DNA of 64,000 nucleotides from Adineta vaga (lineage: Eukaryota > Animalia > Rotifera). The translations under genes were made by a program, and so were the position numbers. Positions 36,262 to 52,092 of the stretch are shown here, one piece after another (the first letter of the stretch is position 1; every line of letters starts with the position of its first letter). The notes beneath the pieces were generated by a model that was given only the letters and a program-made list of their open reading frames with translations, searched no databases and was not told where the DNA came from. The DNA lies in the NCBI GenBank assembly GCA_021613535.1, contig CP075492.1, positions 8,742,001 through 8,806,000 of the forward strand, in the 5' to 3' direction.

Positions 36262-38545
36262 ATGGCTCTACATGAAGCTCTCATAGCTTTACAAACAGGA
36301 TGTAGTGGTTTATTAACATTAAAACAAGATGATCCTCATTTTAAAAAAGTAAAAGAATTCATTTTATTGTTGAAAACAGAAGAGAAAAAAAACATATTGT
36401 TTTATTTTAGCGTCTTCCAACCATTCCCTATGTTCATCAAGGTGAATTAGAAATTCTTGATCGACTAACTCAACTCGGTCGACATTATCGAACACTCGAT
36501 GAATATATTCGAAATATAATCAAAACGAAAACAAGTAAAATCAAAATGTTTTTGTCTATCTAATAAAATCTTTTCTTTCTTACAGGTGGTTTGTACATAT
36601 TAAGTTTTGCATTTGAACTTCGTTCAATTCTTCAATCATATCTTCAATGTTTAAGTCAACTCGAACATGAATGTCTACAGAATACATCATTAACACTTTC
36701 TCATCTATTAATTTCATTAACCGATTATACACTTCTATTTCCTGCATTAGTTTCATTAATCAATACACTTCAATCATCGGGTTATCGTGGTTGTCAGATA
36801 CTCGATGTTATTCGTCGTTGTACTCTAGACGGAAATACAATACTTTCATCAACAATGAAGAAATTATTATGTGCAAGTCATCGGATTTTAATTAAACAAA
36901 TCACATCAATTGTAACTCGTGGACAAATTTATGATGAATATGGAGAATTTTTCATAGGATTGAATAATAGTATCAATGTCGAAGCAATGGGAATGACAAC
37001 ACCAAGTGTTTCACGAATGACATCAGCAGTTGTTAGTCGTTCACATTCACCAGATAGAGAAAGGCAAACAATGATGCAGGTGAATTAAAAAAAAAACTTT
37101 CAAACGTTTGATTATTACAATTCTTTTCTTTCAGACACCTCAACCAAATCCGATGATAACACCTGGTTATAGTCAATATTTATTAATTCCTGAAATGCTT
37201 CCATCGTATATTCCTCTTCAATTAGCAGATAAAATTGTATTTATTGGTGAATCATGGCTTTTATTAAAAAACAATGATGATGACGATGATGATCGTAATA
37301 GTAAAAATTCATTAGCAATCACTCAAATTGATTATGATGAACAAAATCAACTTGTCCAACAACAATTACATGCATTAACATTAATCGACGATTTGAATAT
37401 GTTTGAATTAGAACGTATTATTGAACGTGCAAGAATTGATCTATCATTAACATTACGAAATCTATTTGTTGATCGTTTTCATCTGATTGATGAACTTGAA
37501 CAAATACGTGGATTTTATTTAATTGAACATGGTGAATTATATACCTTGTTTGTTAATCGTACAAGTCAATTATTATTAAATACAAAAAAATCGAGTAATG
37601 CCATTGAAAATGATATCAATGAAGTATTTAAACAATGTTTAAATGATTTACATTTGGATACAATATTAACTAATACAGATAAATTTAAATTTCGATTAAA
37701 TTTTCCACCGAGTGAAGCTGCCGCTCAAGTAAATATTTTCATTCTCATTAGCTCGAATTTCTAGAACAATACTTTTGTACATAGACTGAATATGTTTCCT
37801 ATTTGTTTGTGTATTTTCTTTACTCTAGGAAATAAGTGCTGCTCGTCGTTTACTTTCTCGTGCACAAGGTACATCCGATAATTCGACTATACCATTTGAT
37901 TTTTGGTCTTGTGGTTGGGCAAATCTATCAATTCAATATAAAGTTAAATATCCAATGAAAGCATTCTTTAGTGAAAATTGTAAACAACGTTATAATGATA
38001 TTTTTCATCTCTTGATTGTCTTACGTTATGTTCAAATTGAATTGAATAGTCTTTGGTTAGCTTTTAAAAATCATCATCGAAATTCGTTAATTTGTCATTT
38101 ACGTAATGCCATGTCATTTTTTATTAATAATTTTCAATATTATATCCAAATTGATGTCTTAGAATATAAATATCAACAGTTCATTCGTTCAATTCTCTCC
38201 AGCACAGATTTTCAACAGATCAAACATTTACATGAATTATTTTTAGCTGATATTCAAACACATTCATTCATGCTTTTAGGAACAGCATATCAATCAATGA
38301 AAAATATTCTTTCCATTTGTGTTTCATTTTGTTTAACGATTAAACAACAAGAGAATAGAAATAATCTTGATGAAAGTATTCTACGACAATTTGGAAAAGA
38401 TTTTAATGATGAAATTAAATTATTATTTGGAATCTTAGGCATGGTTCAAAAACATAATGCTCTTCCACATCTGGGTGTTTTCTTAACAAGATTAGATTTT
38501 AATCGATTTTTGACAAATAATAATGGATCATTTGGAGAATTTTAA
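36262..38545 (+). CDS. TUBGCP4: Gamma-tubulin complex component 4
   Basis: MALHEALIALQ, GCQILD, DEYGEFFI, MLPSYIPLQLADKIVFIGES, YYIQIDVLE and FLTRLDFNRF (GRIP1/GRIP2 motifs). Confidence 0.88.
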
Positions 38546-38694
38546 ATCAATGACATAACACATAAAAGGAACTCCAATCTCATTCTGTTCTTTCTCTTTT
38601 TTGTTATCTTTTTTTTTCATTGTTTGATATGAAATAGACAAATAAAAGGGCGTGTAGTCATTTGATTCTAGTTTCTTCTTATTAACACAATAAG

Positions 38695-40838
38695 ATGAGT
38701 ATTCATTCGGATATATTAACTCTTATTAATGATGAAAATCGACCTTTGATTGTTCCAGAAAAGAGAAAAGAACGTATGTATTTCGATTCAATCGAATTCT
38801 AATGTAGGAAAATTTTCTTTAGAATACATTTCATGGATTATGGCTGCTGGTCTGATTGTAAATGCAGCCATGGGTGTAAGTTTTTATTCAGTGAACTTTC
38901 TTTAAAAAGAAAACGTTTCTCTCGAAAAAGATAGACAGAAAATTGATATGATACATAAATTATCATATCAGATAAGACTATCAGAAGAAACAAGTAGTTA
39001 GATAATTCAAGGTTATCACGAGATGTGTTTTTTTTTTAAATGAAAATGTTATTAATGTTATGGAGATTAGAAAGTTGTCTATGAGAACCTGGATTTCTTT
39101 ATTAATAATCCAAACTAAACAAAATTTTTATTTCTTGACGAATATAGTTTATATAATATATATACATGTTCTTGTTAGGCTGGTCTTCTTAATATTGCCA
39201 AAGCTTATGATGAAGCTGGTGGAATTGTTATCAGTTCAATTCTTCATGCTGTAAATCATCTACCTTTCTTTCTTTCCTACATTTTATTTTGTTTATCGAA
39301 CATTAGATTGTTGTAGTTTTGGTTATTGGTGCCTATGCCATCTTATTTGTTTGTAGTGATCGATCTACATCATCCTATGAAGATTTTGTTCTAGCCAAAT
39401 GCGGTAAAGTTTGGCAACGAATCTGTTCTGTTTGTATTATTTTATATATGTAAATTAATTTTTGTTTACATTGATTTTCTTAAAATAGTAATCATAATCG
39501 ATTGTAGGTATGGTTTGAGTATAACGTTTTTTATTATTATTGGTGATCAACTTGATCGATGTATGAAAATGAATGAAAGAAAATAATTTAAAGGATTTGT
39601 ATTGTCTATTTAGTTTTGACATTTGTTGTTGGTGTACACTATTGTTCGAATTGGTATCTTGATCGTCGATTTATGATTACTGTTACATCCATATTATTAG
39701 TTTTTCCTCTATGTTTTTCGAAAACTATTAAATTTCTTCAAATTCCAAGGTAATCTTTTCAATAGAATTCGAACTAATTCAAGTTTCCATTTAATTTAGT
39801 ATGCTTGGTGTATTAGCAATTATTTATGTTGTTATTATGGTACCAGTGAAATATTTCATTGAACATCCAACAGGAATTATTATTAAAAAAAGGTGATTAG
39901 TGAATTTTTGCATTGATTGTAATTTAAAAAGATTGAATTTTATTTTCAGTCCGGATTCATGGACAGATATTTTTCTCGTTTTACCAACAATGTGTTTTTC
40001 ATATCAAGTTTGTCAAAATAAAAATTTCAATTCATTAGTTCATGATGAGTCTTTTGTTTAAGGCACATGTCAATGCTGTACCCGTTTTTGTATCGTTAAA
40101 AACTCGTGCTGATTGCATTTATGCAACATTAGCTTCTACAATTGTGCTCATTTGTAGTTACTGTTTAGTCGCTGTTTGTGGTTATTTAACATTTGGAATC
40201 AATGTTGATCATGATATATTGGTAAGAGATGAATTTATTTCGATATTTCGAAATTGTTCAATTGAAATAGATGTCATATGATCCTCATTCAATACCTGTT
40301 CTTATTGCAGTTATTATGGTTGCAGTGAAAACTTATACAGCTTATCCGGTAAATTTATTTTGTGGAAGGTAAAACGAAAAAGATAGAATATTAACTTGAA
40401 ATTTTGTTGTTTAATTTGTATTTAAGAACTGCTATTGATTCATTTACTACATCTGATAATGAACCTTCATTGAAACGTCGTATTATAATCGTCTGTTTCT
40501 GGTTTTTTTCAACCTTAACCGGAGCAGTTTTCCTTCCGAATATCTCATTAGCTATACATTATCTTGGTGCACTTGCTGCAAGTTTTATTTTCATATTTCC
40601 TGGTTAGATTATGATAATTTTCATCGAACTTTTCTAATCATTCTAACTTTCTATTGCAGGACTTTGTCTATACTTTCATATTTCAAACAATTGGATTTAT
40701 TCCTGGCAAAATCTATTCAGTGTATTTATTGCTATCTTTTACGTAGCTATCGGTGTATTTGTTACAGTATTAACTTTAGTTCAATCGTTAATGAGTGATA
40801 TTCATTCGACAGAAAGCTCAAACACAAAAATATGTTAG
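38695..40838 (+). CDS. SLC38A7/8-like amino acid transporter (Aa_trans family)
   Basis: IVNAAMG|AGLLN..AYDEAGG, FIIIGDQLDR, PTMCFSYQAHVNAVPVF, GYLTFG..V.HDIL and FIFIFPGLCL. N-terminal ENRPLI resembles a dileucine lysosomal sorting signal. Confidence 0.85.
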
Positions 40839-41295
40839 TATAAGACATATGATATTCTTCTAGAAAATACGTACTTTAAATAAATGTTCGAGATCTTTCT
40901 CTATTAATTACGTTCACATTTCTTTCTGCAATTACCTTCTTATACGCTTTTGAAACCTATTATTATGGAAGTCTTTTTTCAAGTGTATAGTCCGAACATA
41001 ATTTAGAAACTAGATCATTTTCAGATGTATGAATTAATTCTTGTATGGCAAGTCAACCAACGGTTTACATATTTTAATGACAAACTAATTAAGTTGCTTG
41101 TTTTTAATTTAATAGTACATGTCGTCAATACCTATCAATGTCTTTTGATTTTAATCATGTTAATCTCAGATTTCTTATCAATAATAAATTGTTTTCGGAG
41201 AAGAGTTCATCTTAGCTGATCGAATTTGAAGAAATGTGACACATTGTCAACAGATTCTCATATTTATTTTAATTCGAATCAAGATAAACAAAAAC

Positions 41296-43611
41296 TTAGT
41301 TGCAATGAGAATTCTTATATAGTTCAGTTTGATGAGATGATATTTGAATTAATTTATTTTGATCAATTAAACCTGAACTTTCCGAACTAACATTCACTGT
41401 TGATCGTGTTACATTTGATTTTGTTGTTGTTGATGACGATTGTTTGGAAAGAGATTGTTGTTGATCATCATGTCGACGATTAATATAATATAATGGCTGA
41501 GTACGAGTATAGGAATTCGTTCGATTAGGAAGATTGACTAAAGAATATTTCGTTGGTTTTACCGAATATTTGTCAATTGTATGACGTTGATATATATCTT
41601 TTGTTTTCGATTTGGGTTTTTGATATGAGAAATTCGTCGATTTTCGATCTTTATTACTGATAAACGAAGACTTTTTCTGATTAAACTCACATATCGAATA
41701 TCGACCATAAATAATTTGATTATTCGCTTGTATATTCATTAAAGAATCAGAACGTTTATAAATCGTATTAAGATGATAGTCTGATTTCGAAGATTTCGCT
41801 GTAATATTATTCATACTGATATTATTTAAACGTTTTTGATATTCCCAATAATTTGGATGAACATTCTTTAAATAGAAATAGAAAAAATTGTAATGAATAT
41901 TTATTGAAAAAAATTTACATCGAATTGATTTCGTTGTGGTGTTTGAAGATGTGAACTAGTACGTTTCAATGATTGATTACTAACTGTACGTAAGAAACTA
42001 CGATTTCTTGTATAGAAACAAACACGAGCTAATTCACGACGAAATTTTCTATTAAAACATGTAAAAATAAAAAAATTTACCTAAAATAGAAAAAAGAATC
42101 AAGATTGCCATGACAATTTCTAGTCTGATATCTTACTGCACTATTTAATAGAATCAAAAAATTCGATATATCATAACAGATATACAACCATTCATAATTT
42201 CTATAGAATAAATAAATATAATTAAGTATTGATGCAGGTACTTGACATAAGATAAATAAACCAATTAAACATATAACTGAACGTGTTATAACACCTTCAC
42301 GATAACGTATGGAATTAGTTTCACCACCATTACGTGTAATTTGTCCATAGGCAGATGTACAACGTTGAAGAAAATGTGAACTAGCATTGACACTTCGAAT
42401 AAGTTCAACATTGAAATAAGATAACATTAATAAAGGAAGAATACTTTGAAAAAGGCTATACAAAACTTTAAGCGAAAAAAGAGAATGTCAAAGAAATTTG
42501 ATCAATGATTATCTTACTTAGATGGACGGTATATTGATAAACTGAACTTTTTTGTAATTTATTTTCTATCACAGTAAAACCAATAGATTCTGTTTGATTT
42601 TCACCATCTGTAAAATTAACTAGTTGTATTTCTGTTTTATATTCAAAAAATCTTGGTAAGGAATAAATTAAACCCGCACAATAGATTGTCACGACAATAT
42701 AACTAAATAAAAACGAAAGACAAGAAATTATCTCACCTAAAATGATGTAATCAATGACCGGAAAGGATATTTATGGAACTATTATATTTGTTTTTAACTG
42801 AAGATTCATCCATCTAGGATTTAATTAATTCGGAAAATGCTATAAATTGATGAGGAAATATCAAGGACGATAATGAATGTTTTATTGGCACATAGCTCAC
42901 GCTATTTTTCTACTTTACTTAGTTAGTATAAATAAAAATCGGAAACAAGTTTTCCTATTACTTTGCATAATATAAACAAGATAATTTTTCTCATACAGAT
43001 TTGTCAAAAACTGTTGTTTACCCATGGTTAAAGGAAAATGATGTTAGAAGGAGAAAAATTAGTAACTAACCATGCTCGTTTTGAACTATATGTATAATGA
43101 AGCATTGGCCATTTAATCGCAAACCATCGGTCAATAGCAAAACCAATAGTTATCCAAACACTTGTAAATTGAAACCAAATAATACAAGCATAAACATAAG
43201 GAAAAAGATGTTTATGTAGATAGGAAGAATAAAATGATTCGCTTTGTCGACTAGGTGGAATTGAAGAGTTAATTGCAAAGACAAGACCCAATGATAAAAG
43301 ACAACTATCACTCATACTTAAAGCAGCAAGATATGTTGACACAGCACTACGCTATGAAATCGAAAGTAGAAGTTTAATATATTACTTTAGAGAACAAATT
43401 CAAATTCAGATATTTACCATGTGTCGCCGTGTAAATATATAAACAGAACATAGGGCAAGAGCCAATCCTATCGAACACATGACTGTACCTATAGAGAGAA
43501 AAAAAAGAGAGAGTATTGAATTGATTTTTCATCAATTATTTGTGAAGTCTTACCAACATAGCCAAGTAAATAATGGGTAAATAGCATAAGAGTCATGTTA
43601 ATAGTTATCAT
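41296..43611 (-). CDS. Rhodopsin-family peptide GPCR (FMRFamide/sex-peptide receptor-like)
   Basis: TYLAALSMSD (TM2), SVWITIGFAIDRWFAIKWP (TM3), YSLPRFFEY (TM4), FILCQVP (TM6) and LNSAVNFFIF..FNRKFR (TM7), with a long S/T-rich tail. Start (43611 or 43596) uncertain. Confidence 0.85.
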
Positions 43612-46600
43612 TATAGAAACACGTTAACTAGAAGAAAAAAATCAAACAAATCAATTGCTTCTCTATTCGTTTAAAATCGTCTCTTTACATGTGAAAATTT
43701 TTTTTTTTTCTTTCTAAGATTGTCTTCACATATTACTGCTTCTTTTTCTCTTTTCTACTTGTCTGATTATATTAAATTGCGTTATTCTTTTTCTTATTCT
43801 TCATTTTATGTTTAGAATACAAACTAAGCTGCACATATAGACTAAAGTAAATCTAATTCTTCTGAATTATCAGCAGAAAATTTAAATGTATAGAAAACTA
43901 AATTAAGATCTTTATTAGAAAAGAAACAAGTACATAGTTAGAAAGGTCGAGTTAAACATAGTTTTCCTTCTTTCATTGAGAATCATTTTAATATAAATGC
44001 ATAAAAATCTAATGAGATAACTGGAAGAAATAGAAAGAAATGATGACTTCGATGTTTAAACGAGAAATGAATATAATAACACGCGAGAAATAGGAAAAGA
44101 ATGATCTATCTTTAATTGTAGATATGAAAGAGTCCTTTTTCCCTTCATGATAATTAACGACATTGTCATACGGTGAAAAAGAAAAAGTAAAAAAGGTGTA
44201 AGAAAAAAATAATATAGATCTATTCTATAAGGAATAACAGTTTATATTCGTATAAAGAAAATGAAAAAAAAACAAAAGAAAAATCTCGTTTTTAAACATT
44301 GATTTCAAGTCAAGAACAAAACGACAACCGAATAAAATAGAATTCTATCTATCTATCTATCTCTGTATTAAACTTGATTCTTTTTGTCATTATAATTTAC
44401 ATGAGAAATAATTTTTGAAAAGAAAAAAAAAACTTACGGAAGGATGTCAAATAACATTCCGGCTACAACAAACTAAGACCTTTTTAGATCTTAATTACAA
44501 CACATTTCCTTCGGGAAAACAGGAAAAAAAGAAGAAATTTTAAGTAAATTAAAATAAACGAAAGCTATGATATAGAATGATGATGATCTTTGACAAAATT
44601 ATGTTTTTCCAAGACAAAAAAACTTGTTGTTGTTGTTGTTATATTTTCTTTTCTCAAAATGAGTTGATGATTAAAAAATCAGCATGATCTTTGCCTTTTT
44701 TGATAGAAGTCACAAGCATCTAGATATCTGCGTATATTTGTCATGAAAATGACCGAAGAAAGAACTGAATTTCTAGAGAAAAACAAAATGCATCATACTT
44801 ACTTTAAAATATTATATGAATAAAATAGATCAAATCAAGATAATCTAAAGAATGAACGTTAGAATTTCTTCTAATTAACAATTACACAAAAGAATATCTT
44901 CTTTTTATTGATATAAGTCATTCATCTATTCCGTTTGTTATATCGAATCGAATTACATATACTTAAAAACTTTTTTTTGAGAAGATAAAAAAAAAGTAAA
45001 GAATCGTCGTTTTCTCATCAGAAATATACATCTGATCTGTTCATTTTCGTCTTATAACAGTTATATATCTGGCGAGATATTTTAGTTAACAATAAACATC
45101 TTTTTTTTGCATTTTACCGCCGGTTTTACTCTTTTAATAAATAGCAATGATAATTAAAAGCAACGAATGGTTTGTTAAGCAACGAAGATGGATAATTACA
45201 AAGCGGTGAGAGACGTAAACTATGAATGATAAGATTATTTTTGATTCACTCGTGAACTGAGAACGAGTTAAATTTCGAATAAAAATAGCAAATTAATCAA
45301 ATTAAAAGAATTCTATATTGACAATTAATAATAGGAAAATACCATTATTTTCTACTTCTGACAGTCGACGTAAAAAAGATAATAGTTTATCGGCAAGTCG
45401 TCAGTATGATTGAAATTTTAAGACTATATTATTATTTAAAACGTATTATAGTACTATTTAACTACTTAGAATGACGATGATTTAGTTTCCAATTATATCA
45501 ATTTGTAATAATCTTCGTGAATGAGAACGAGACTACAATGATATTTTTATAAAAAAAAAATAAATAGAAAGAACTATCTATTTATACTATGAACTAAAAC
45601 AAGAAAGACGAGACATCTAATTTCATTCGCTACTCTTCTCTGTTGGCAATCATTACAAAATGCTCTTAGTAAGAAAAATTAATGTGCCCATGGTCGATTC
45701 CGATCTTATTTGAATAATATGAATACTTATATATGCACATGACTTTGGATAGGAAAAGAAACATTTATATCATTCGAACTATGTTCTTCCTTTGTTTCCA
45801 CTACTTGTTATGTTTTCGTCACTCATATGCATCAGTTCAACTATATATTCAATACGATCTGTCACAACAGTATAAAACGCATGCAAATGAGTATGGATCA
45901 TGTATTCATTTCAGATATTTCGTACATTTGTTTTTGCAATACCATAGTGACATTCGATATTAATATTATGATTTAAAACGAAATTCATTTTTGCTTTGTA
46001 AACAAAAACGCACGTCAATCATATTTTAAAAGTAATCAATCAGAGGAAAGAAAAACACCACGAATAACAAATAGGTGTATCGATAAACATCCACCGAATG
46101 ACGTTGATCATTGACTCAGATGTTCGATCAAAATCTACTGAGACAATCAATCATATCTTTCATCATATTACTTTTTCATATATATATTTTTTTCTCTCTT
46201 CGTTTTCTTCTAATAAACTTTAAAATTATACGCAATACTATTTGGAAAGAATGCATGTTAAGATCAATCTGATAAAGTTGTTTATCATTGATGTACTAAT
46301 TAACTATCATGTTTGTTTTTCTTCTTTATTTTATCAAATGTATCCAGTGTGATAAATATTTTATTTCAATATCAGTTAAAACATAAAACTTTCACAGACG
46401 AACCGGTACTTCGGATCTTTACATAGTCTATATGATAATATCTGATTCAAGACAACACATACATACATATATATATATTCATATTTATACACGTGTTTTT
46501 TTTCCAGTCATCATCATCATCAGAAAAAAAAATAATAATAAACAACAAAACAACAACAACAAGCAAAGGAAACAAACCAAGGCAAAGAAGAAGAACGAAA

Positions 46601-46861
46601 CGCAAAAAATGAATATTTGAAGAATAATACTAAGACAAGAAATTATCCAAAAGAGAATGTTTTTCACATATTATAAAGAGAAGACATAGAGAATATATAA
46701 AGAATCACAATATGCAGCGGAGTATACGTGTGCGTGTGTGCGTATGTGTTGAATATATAATGTGAAGAGTCTATCAGCAGTGTTATTGGAAAAAATAAAA
46801 AACAAGAAGAAGAAAAAGCATCACAGATGGGAAGAAGAAAGTTTTCTTTTCTTAAATGGAT

Positions 46862-49410
46862 TTATTGCACATTGTGCATGTTTTTATCAATTGTATCAAC
46901 TGTTGTATCATTAGTTACATTGGGTGTTTGAATTCGACATATACGTTTTACTTTTGCACGATGATTTTTAAACCATAAACGTATATGTTTTGATTCAAGT
47001 TTGGGAAATTTTGTTCGATATTCACCTTCGTTTAATTCTGAACAAATACGTTCAATTAGAACATGATCAGGATGAGTTTCAATAGCAAACCATTGTTCTA
47101 ATTTCGGTACTTCAGATGCAGGATCGATAAATATTCGATTACGTCGAGAACGATTATAATCAAATGATGTTGTTGTATTGGATACTTTCGTCGAATTTAA
47201 GGATATTTGTGTTGGTGGACTTTGTTCACTAACGGAACTCATATTATCATCATCATTGCTTTCATCTGATTGACTTGTTTTTTGTCGTTGTTGATCTGTT
47301 AATGAAATATCAAATGCTTGTAAATAATTGAAATAGTAACTATTATGATTTTGTTGTTTTTGTTTTTCATCAATCTCTAAATCATCATCTTCATCATCAT
47401 CAATTTCATCAGATGAATCAAGTTCACATTTAATTGATGAATGATTTTGTTCATCTGCATTATTCATTTGATGTGGTAATGTTGGTATATAAAGTTGTGG
47501 TGTTGGTGTGTCCGAACCATTAAAACGACGTTTTTTACGTTTTAATGCTGCACGAGCATTTTTAAACCAATATTGAATATTATATGGTTCCAGAGCTTTT
47601 TTTCCTAAACATTAACAAAGAAAAGAATCAATTGATGAGAAATGAATTCTTGGAAAAAAATTCATCCTACCTTTTCGACAAGGTAAGGCATTGAGACTTT
47701 CACAAATAGATGCAATTTGATAACGTGTAGGATGTTTAGTATCAGTAAAGATTTGTAAGAGACGTGGTGTTTCTTCATGTGGATCAAATGTTGTACGTTC
47801 ACGTTGTCGACGACTATATGCATAATCTTTGATTGTTGGTGATGAATGTATCGGTGTGGTATCATATTGTTGTTGTTGTTGATGTTGAGCTAATGATAAA
47901 AGACTAGCAAATGGATAATTCATAAAAGATTTTGAAGAATTTAGTGGTATTGATGGTGATGAATATGGTTTTGTTGAAAGATTTAATGGAGCATTATCAC
48001 TAGAAGAAAAGATTGAAAATAAAATTTACTGAATTGTTTTCTTCATACGCATCATTTGTATTAGAATTTGATGAAGCTACTGAATATCCATTTGGACTGG
48101 TTGTAGGCTTTGATGATGAAGATCGTGGTAATCCATCATCATCATCTTCTGTATCATCTTGCATAACTTGACATAGTTTATTAACGAGCTTAAAAAATAA
48201 GTAGAAGTACGTTAATTAACTTGGTAGAAAGAAAAATCAATATTTTTGTTTACCTCATGTTTGTCTCGTTCTTCACTTACTAAAGGCATTAATTGTTTCA
48301 ATAAACGTACCGATCGTTTATCGTCTAGTGCATTCGCATATCTTGAAAAGAAAAGAAGAAAAAACATACACAGGTATTATTCATTCTGAAATTTGGTTAA
48401 TAAGCAATAGAAAAAAAGGTGATGTTTCTTACTTGGATATGCGAATTTGAAGTACAGCAACATTCATAAGATCACCTAAGATATCTTGAACAGTAACTGT
48501 TCGATTTTCTGTAACAGTTGGAATGGGTAATGGATTCCAATTTTTTATCAGAATTTGACCTGAAGAAAGAAAAGAATTTTTTTCAATATCTTTATGAAAG
48601 GAACTGTGAAGATAGTAAGTTTTCGATTTGACACAATTAACAATTTTTAAAAAATCAGACAAAACATGAATGTTTCTGAACTACTTAAGATTATAAATAT
48701 ATATATATTCCTATCACTTAGGTCATAATGAGTGTCATGATAAATGAGAGAATAATTTATATAATACACATCTCAAAAAGATCATAATTGAACATTACAG
48801 GTATCTTTCTTTTTTTTACATCTATTTTAATCGCTCAAGAGCTCTTCAACATGTTTCCAAACCATTTAGTCTCTTATAGATCTCTAAAACCCCTTCGAGC
48901 TGTTCTCTGTATAGAAAATGTTGTCACTCTTTATCATATATAATAGCCTGAAGAAACAAACGAAATTTATCGCTTATTTTATCCAAGAAATACAACGTTT
49001 GTACGTTTAGAACTTACCATCGGCTCTTTCATCTTGTTCAATTTTTCCAACATCAGCTTCCATTGTACGTAGAACAACAGATACAATATCATGAAATTTT
49101 GTATGTGCTGGCACAATTACAAAGCCATCTTGTAGAACACGTTGTGGACACTCATCTCGTGCGACCACACAGTGTACCGGCAAAAATTTATTGCTTAACG
49201 CCAGACCTAGAATGAGAAAAAGAAAGAAAATGAATTTTCGCACATTTCTTTTGTCTTAAATTAAACATGTTTTAGTGATTCAGTACATTGATCATTTGTT
49301 TTAAATAATTGTATGACGATTTCATATATTCCTTAAAGCAAGAGAGAGAGCGCAAAAGAGAGATTCGGATATTTACCTGCCGAGAGTTTGTCCAAACGGC
49401 GAGAAACCAT
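46862..49410 (-). CDS. dve: Defective proventriculus / Compass (SATB-related) homeobox transcription factor
   Basis: CMP/ULD domain (LPVHCVV..DGFVIVP; IKNWNPLP..TVQDILGDL..L.IRI) and two atypical homeodomains (FDPHEETPRL..YWFKNARAA; IFIDPASEVPKLEQWF..LWFKNHRAKVKR). Confidence 0.9.
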
Positions 49411-49549
49411 TTCTTTTCTTTTTATTTAAAGTTTAAATACAGACAGAAGTCGAAAAAAAGAAAAATGCGTTCGAGTAAGATCAAATTAAAAAGAGAAGAA
49501 AACGTTTGAGTGGACTGTCTGTTGTTACTCGAGTTTGTTAGTTTTCTTT

Positions 49550-52057
49550 TTCTTCTCTCTTTTTTTTTCAATTAACAAATCCTTTTTTCTTCTTCGCGCT
49601 TCAACGACGTAGGAGAAGAAGAAGAAGAAAAACGAAAACGAGCGTAGATAGATATGATATACGAAAGTGATCGGGGGGAGACCTCTTCGTTTCAATCTTC
49701 CTTCGTTTCTCGCTCTCTCTCCCTCGTTCTCTCCTTCTTTTTCTCTCGTATATATATATATATACTGACAACCAATCAATTGGCGATGAGCATATTCGGG
49801 GGTTTGTAAATCATACCATTTCTTCTCTCAACATCATTTTTATTAGTCAATATTTCGTAACACTCAAGCCGCACTGAACCGAGACCAATAACTAGTTAAA
49901 ACGTGAAAGAGAGAGAAGAAAAACCTTGTCAATAAATCAATAAGGACACCTTACAACGTCGTCTTGTCATGATGATAATTTTCACCAATTGCGTTTCTTT
50001 CCTCGTCTCTTCTCTTCTCTTACACATTACATTGATAAGTGATTATTACAATAAAACAAGATATCGATCATTACCTACATGTCGTGTTTTTTCTCTTGTA
50101 TGTTTCTTTTTCTCTTTTCATTTCATTCTTCTCGAATAATTTGTTTTATCTTGATTTGCTCGCTCCCGTTTTATTGCACAACGTTAGCCAAGCGTAACCA
50201 TGCTACTATATATGTATGAGCTAGCATCCAATCGTATAAATGCGAGTTACACAAAGAGGGAGGGAGAGAGAGAGAGAGCGATGACGATGAATAATAGGAC
50301 GCCGCCGCAGAGCATATTGACAAACGTCATAAAGTCTTCTTAATTTTCTTTTTTTCTTTAAAATTGTATCGATCTGTCAACATATTCTTCCGTGTCTTAA
50401 ATCAATAGGACAGGCGTGTGTAGCACAAATGCGGCTGCTATTGCTTTACTTTCAATTCCTCTCGTTAGTGAGATAAAGTATTGCGCCCTATTCAATTTCA
50501 CTAGCCGCTTCGCCTCATCCACTGTGATGAGTAACAACTGTTGTTGAGTGATAATAGCTTTTCAATCGTTATATCGACACCCAATAAAAATTCGATGCGA
50601 AAGAAGAAAGAAATTTAGATAGATAGATATGTATACAGTACTCACTTGTTGGATTGAACAGACGAAGTGACGACATTGTGATTTTCGAAATAGAGAGAGA
50701 GAGAGAGAGAGGTTAAGCTCTATACTATTTCTTTTAGAATGTTAATCACAATAGCAAACATAACGACCGTGATTTCGAAATGAAGACGAAGCCGGCTGAT
50801 GCCATTCTTTCTTTACTCTCTCTCTCTATCGTCTAGAATCTTGAATAAAAAGAAGAAGAAGAAGAGGGACATAGAGAGAGAGAGAGAAAGAAGTGTGTTT
50901 TAACTTAAGTTGACATACGGATGCATTATTTCTCACTTTTAAAAAAAGGGGGAGAGAGAGAGAGGAAAGAGACCGAGTCGGAGTAACAAAACGCAATAGA
51001 GAAAGGAAAGTTGAACGCTTCAACCTAGCGTTCGACGATTATCCCAACAACAACATCATCGTGTGTGTAACGCTCGTCGTTTGAGAATGGGAGGGAGACG
51101 GAAATGTGCTTGAAAGAACTTTGAAAAAATGGCAGCAAAGAAAGAGAGAGAGAGAGAGAAAGTGAGCGCCAAGCGTTTGAAAGATTTTCTTATTGCTTTT
51201 CTTTTCACTTTAGTCTGCAATTAGAGATAACAACTAACACACATACACACACATATATGCTTCAGCCGGAAGACATTAAAAAAAATGAATTTTTATTTCG
51301 AAGACACTTATAAAGAAAACGCAATAATAAGAAAGGTAGTCGTTGTTGTAAAATCCTAGTGTGTGCTAATCATAGTGTGAAAAGTCGATAGCGGAAGTGC
51401 GTGGTAAGAAAAAAAAGGTGACAAATTTCTATGTATGCGAGCAATTTTGCAATAGACTATAACTTTCAAAGATTAAAACACGCAACATTATAACTCGAAG
51501 AAAAATGAACATTACAAATGAATATGACAGACCGGACTCTTGCTTAATTCTTTTTTTTTCATTTTTTTTATTCCTGCTCTCTAAATTATTCAAAATGTCT
51601 CGCACTCATATACACGCGTGCATTTACTAGCTGACAAACGATATTTCCTTTGATTTTGTATGCAAATCAGTAATGAACAAGGATTACCTGCGAAAGTTTT
51701 ATGACGATTATTTGATCGAAACAAAATACAGATAGATAAAATATATAATGGTACCACTAACAATCGTCCTTTAAACTTGTATATATGACAAATGACAACG
51801 CGAAAAAAGTGAGAACGATGCCGATTAACCTTCTCGTCTCACTTGTGCATTTGCTGTTGTCGTGGATGAATGGATTAGTTGAAATAGTTGTATTAGAAGA
51901 ATCGAGTATGATGATTCGATTTTTATTCATATCAGAATACGAAAGAAAGAAGGAAGAAAAAATGCTACATACATACATACATACATATATAGATCTCAAA
52001 TCAATAGGAGAGAAAGAGATTAGCTTTTTTCTGAAGACAGCAATCTGGTGCCTGTAC

Positions 52058-52092
<35 letters not shown>

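Noticed and set aside
37785-37793. Possible 9-nt micro-exon (TEY) in TUBGCP4
   Set aside because: It would leave a 35-bp downstream intron with a weak donor, shorter than other introns here; the gene splices in frame without it.
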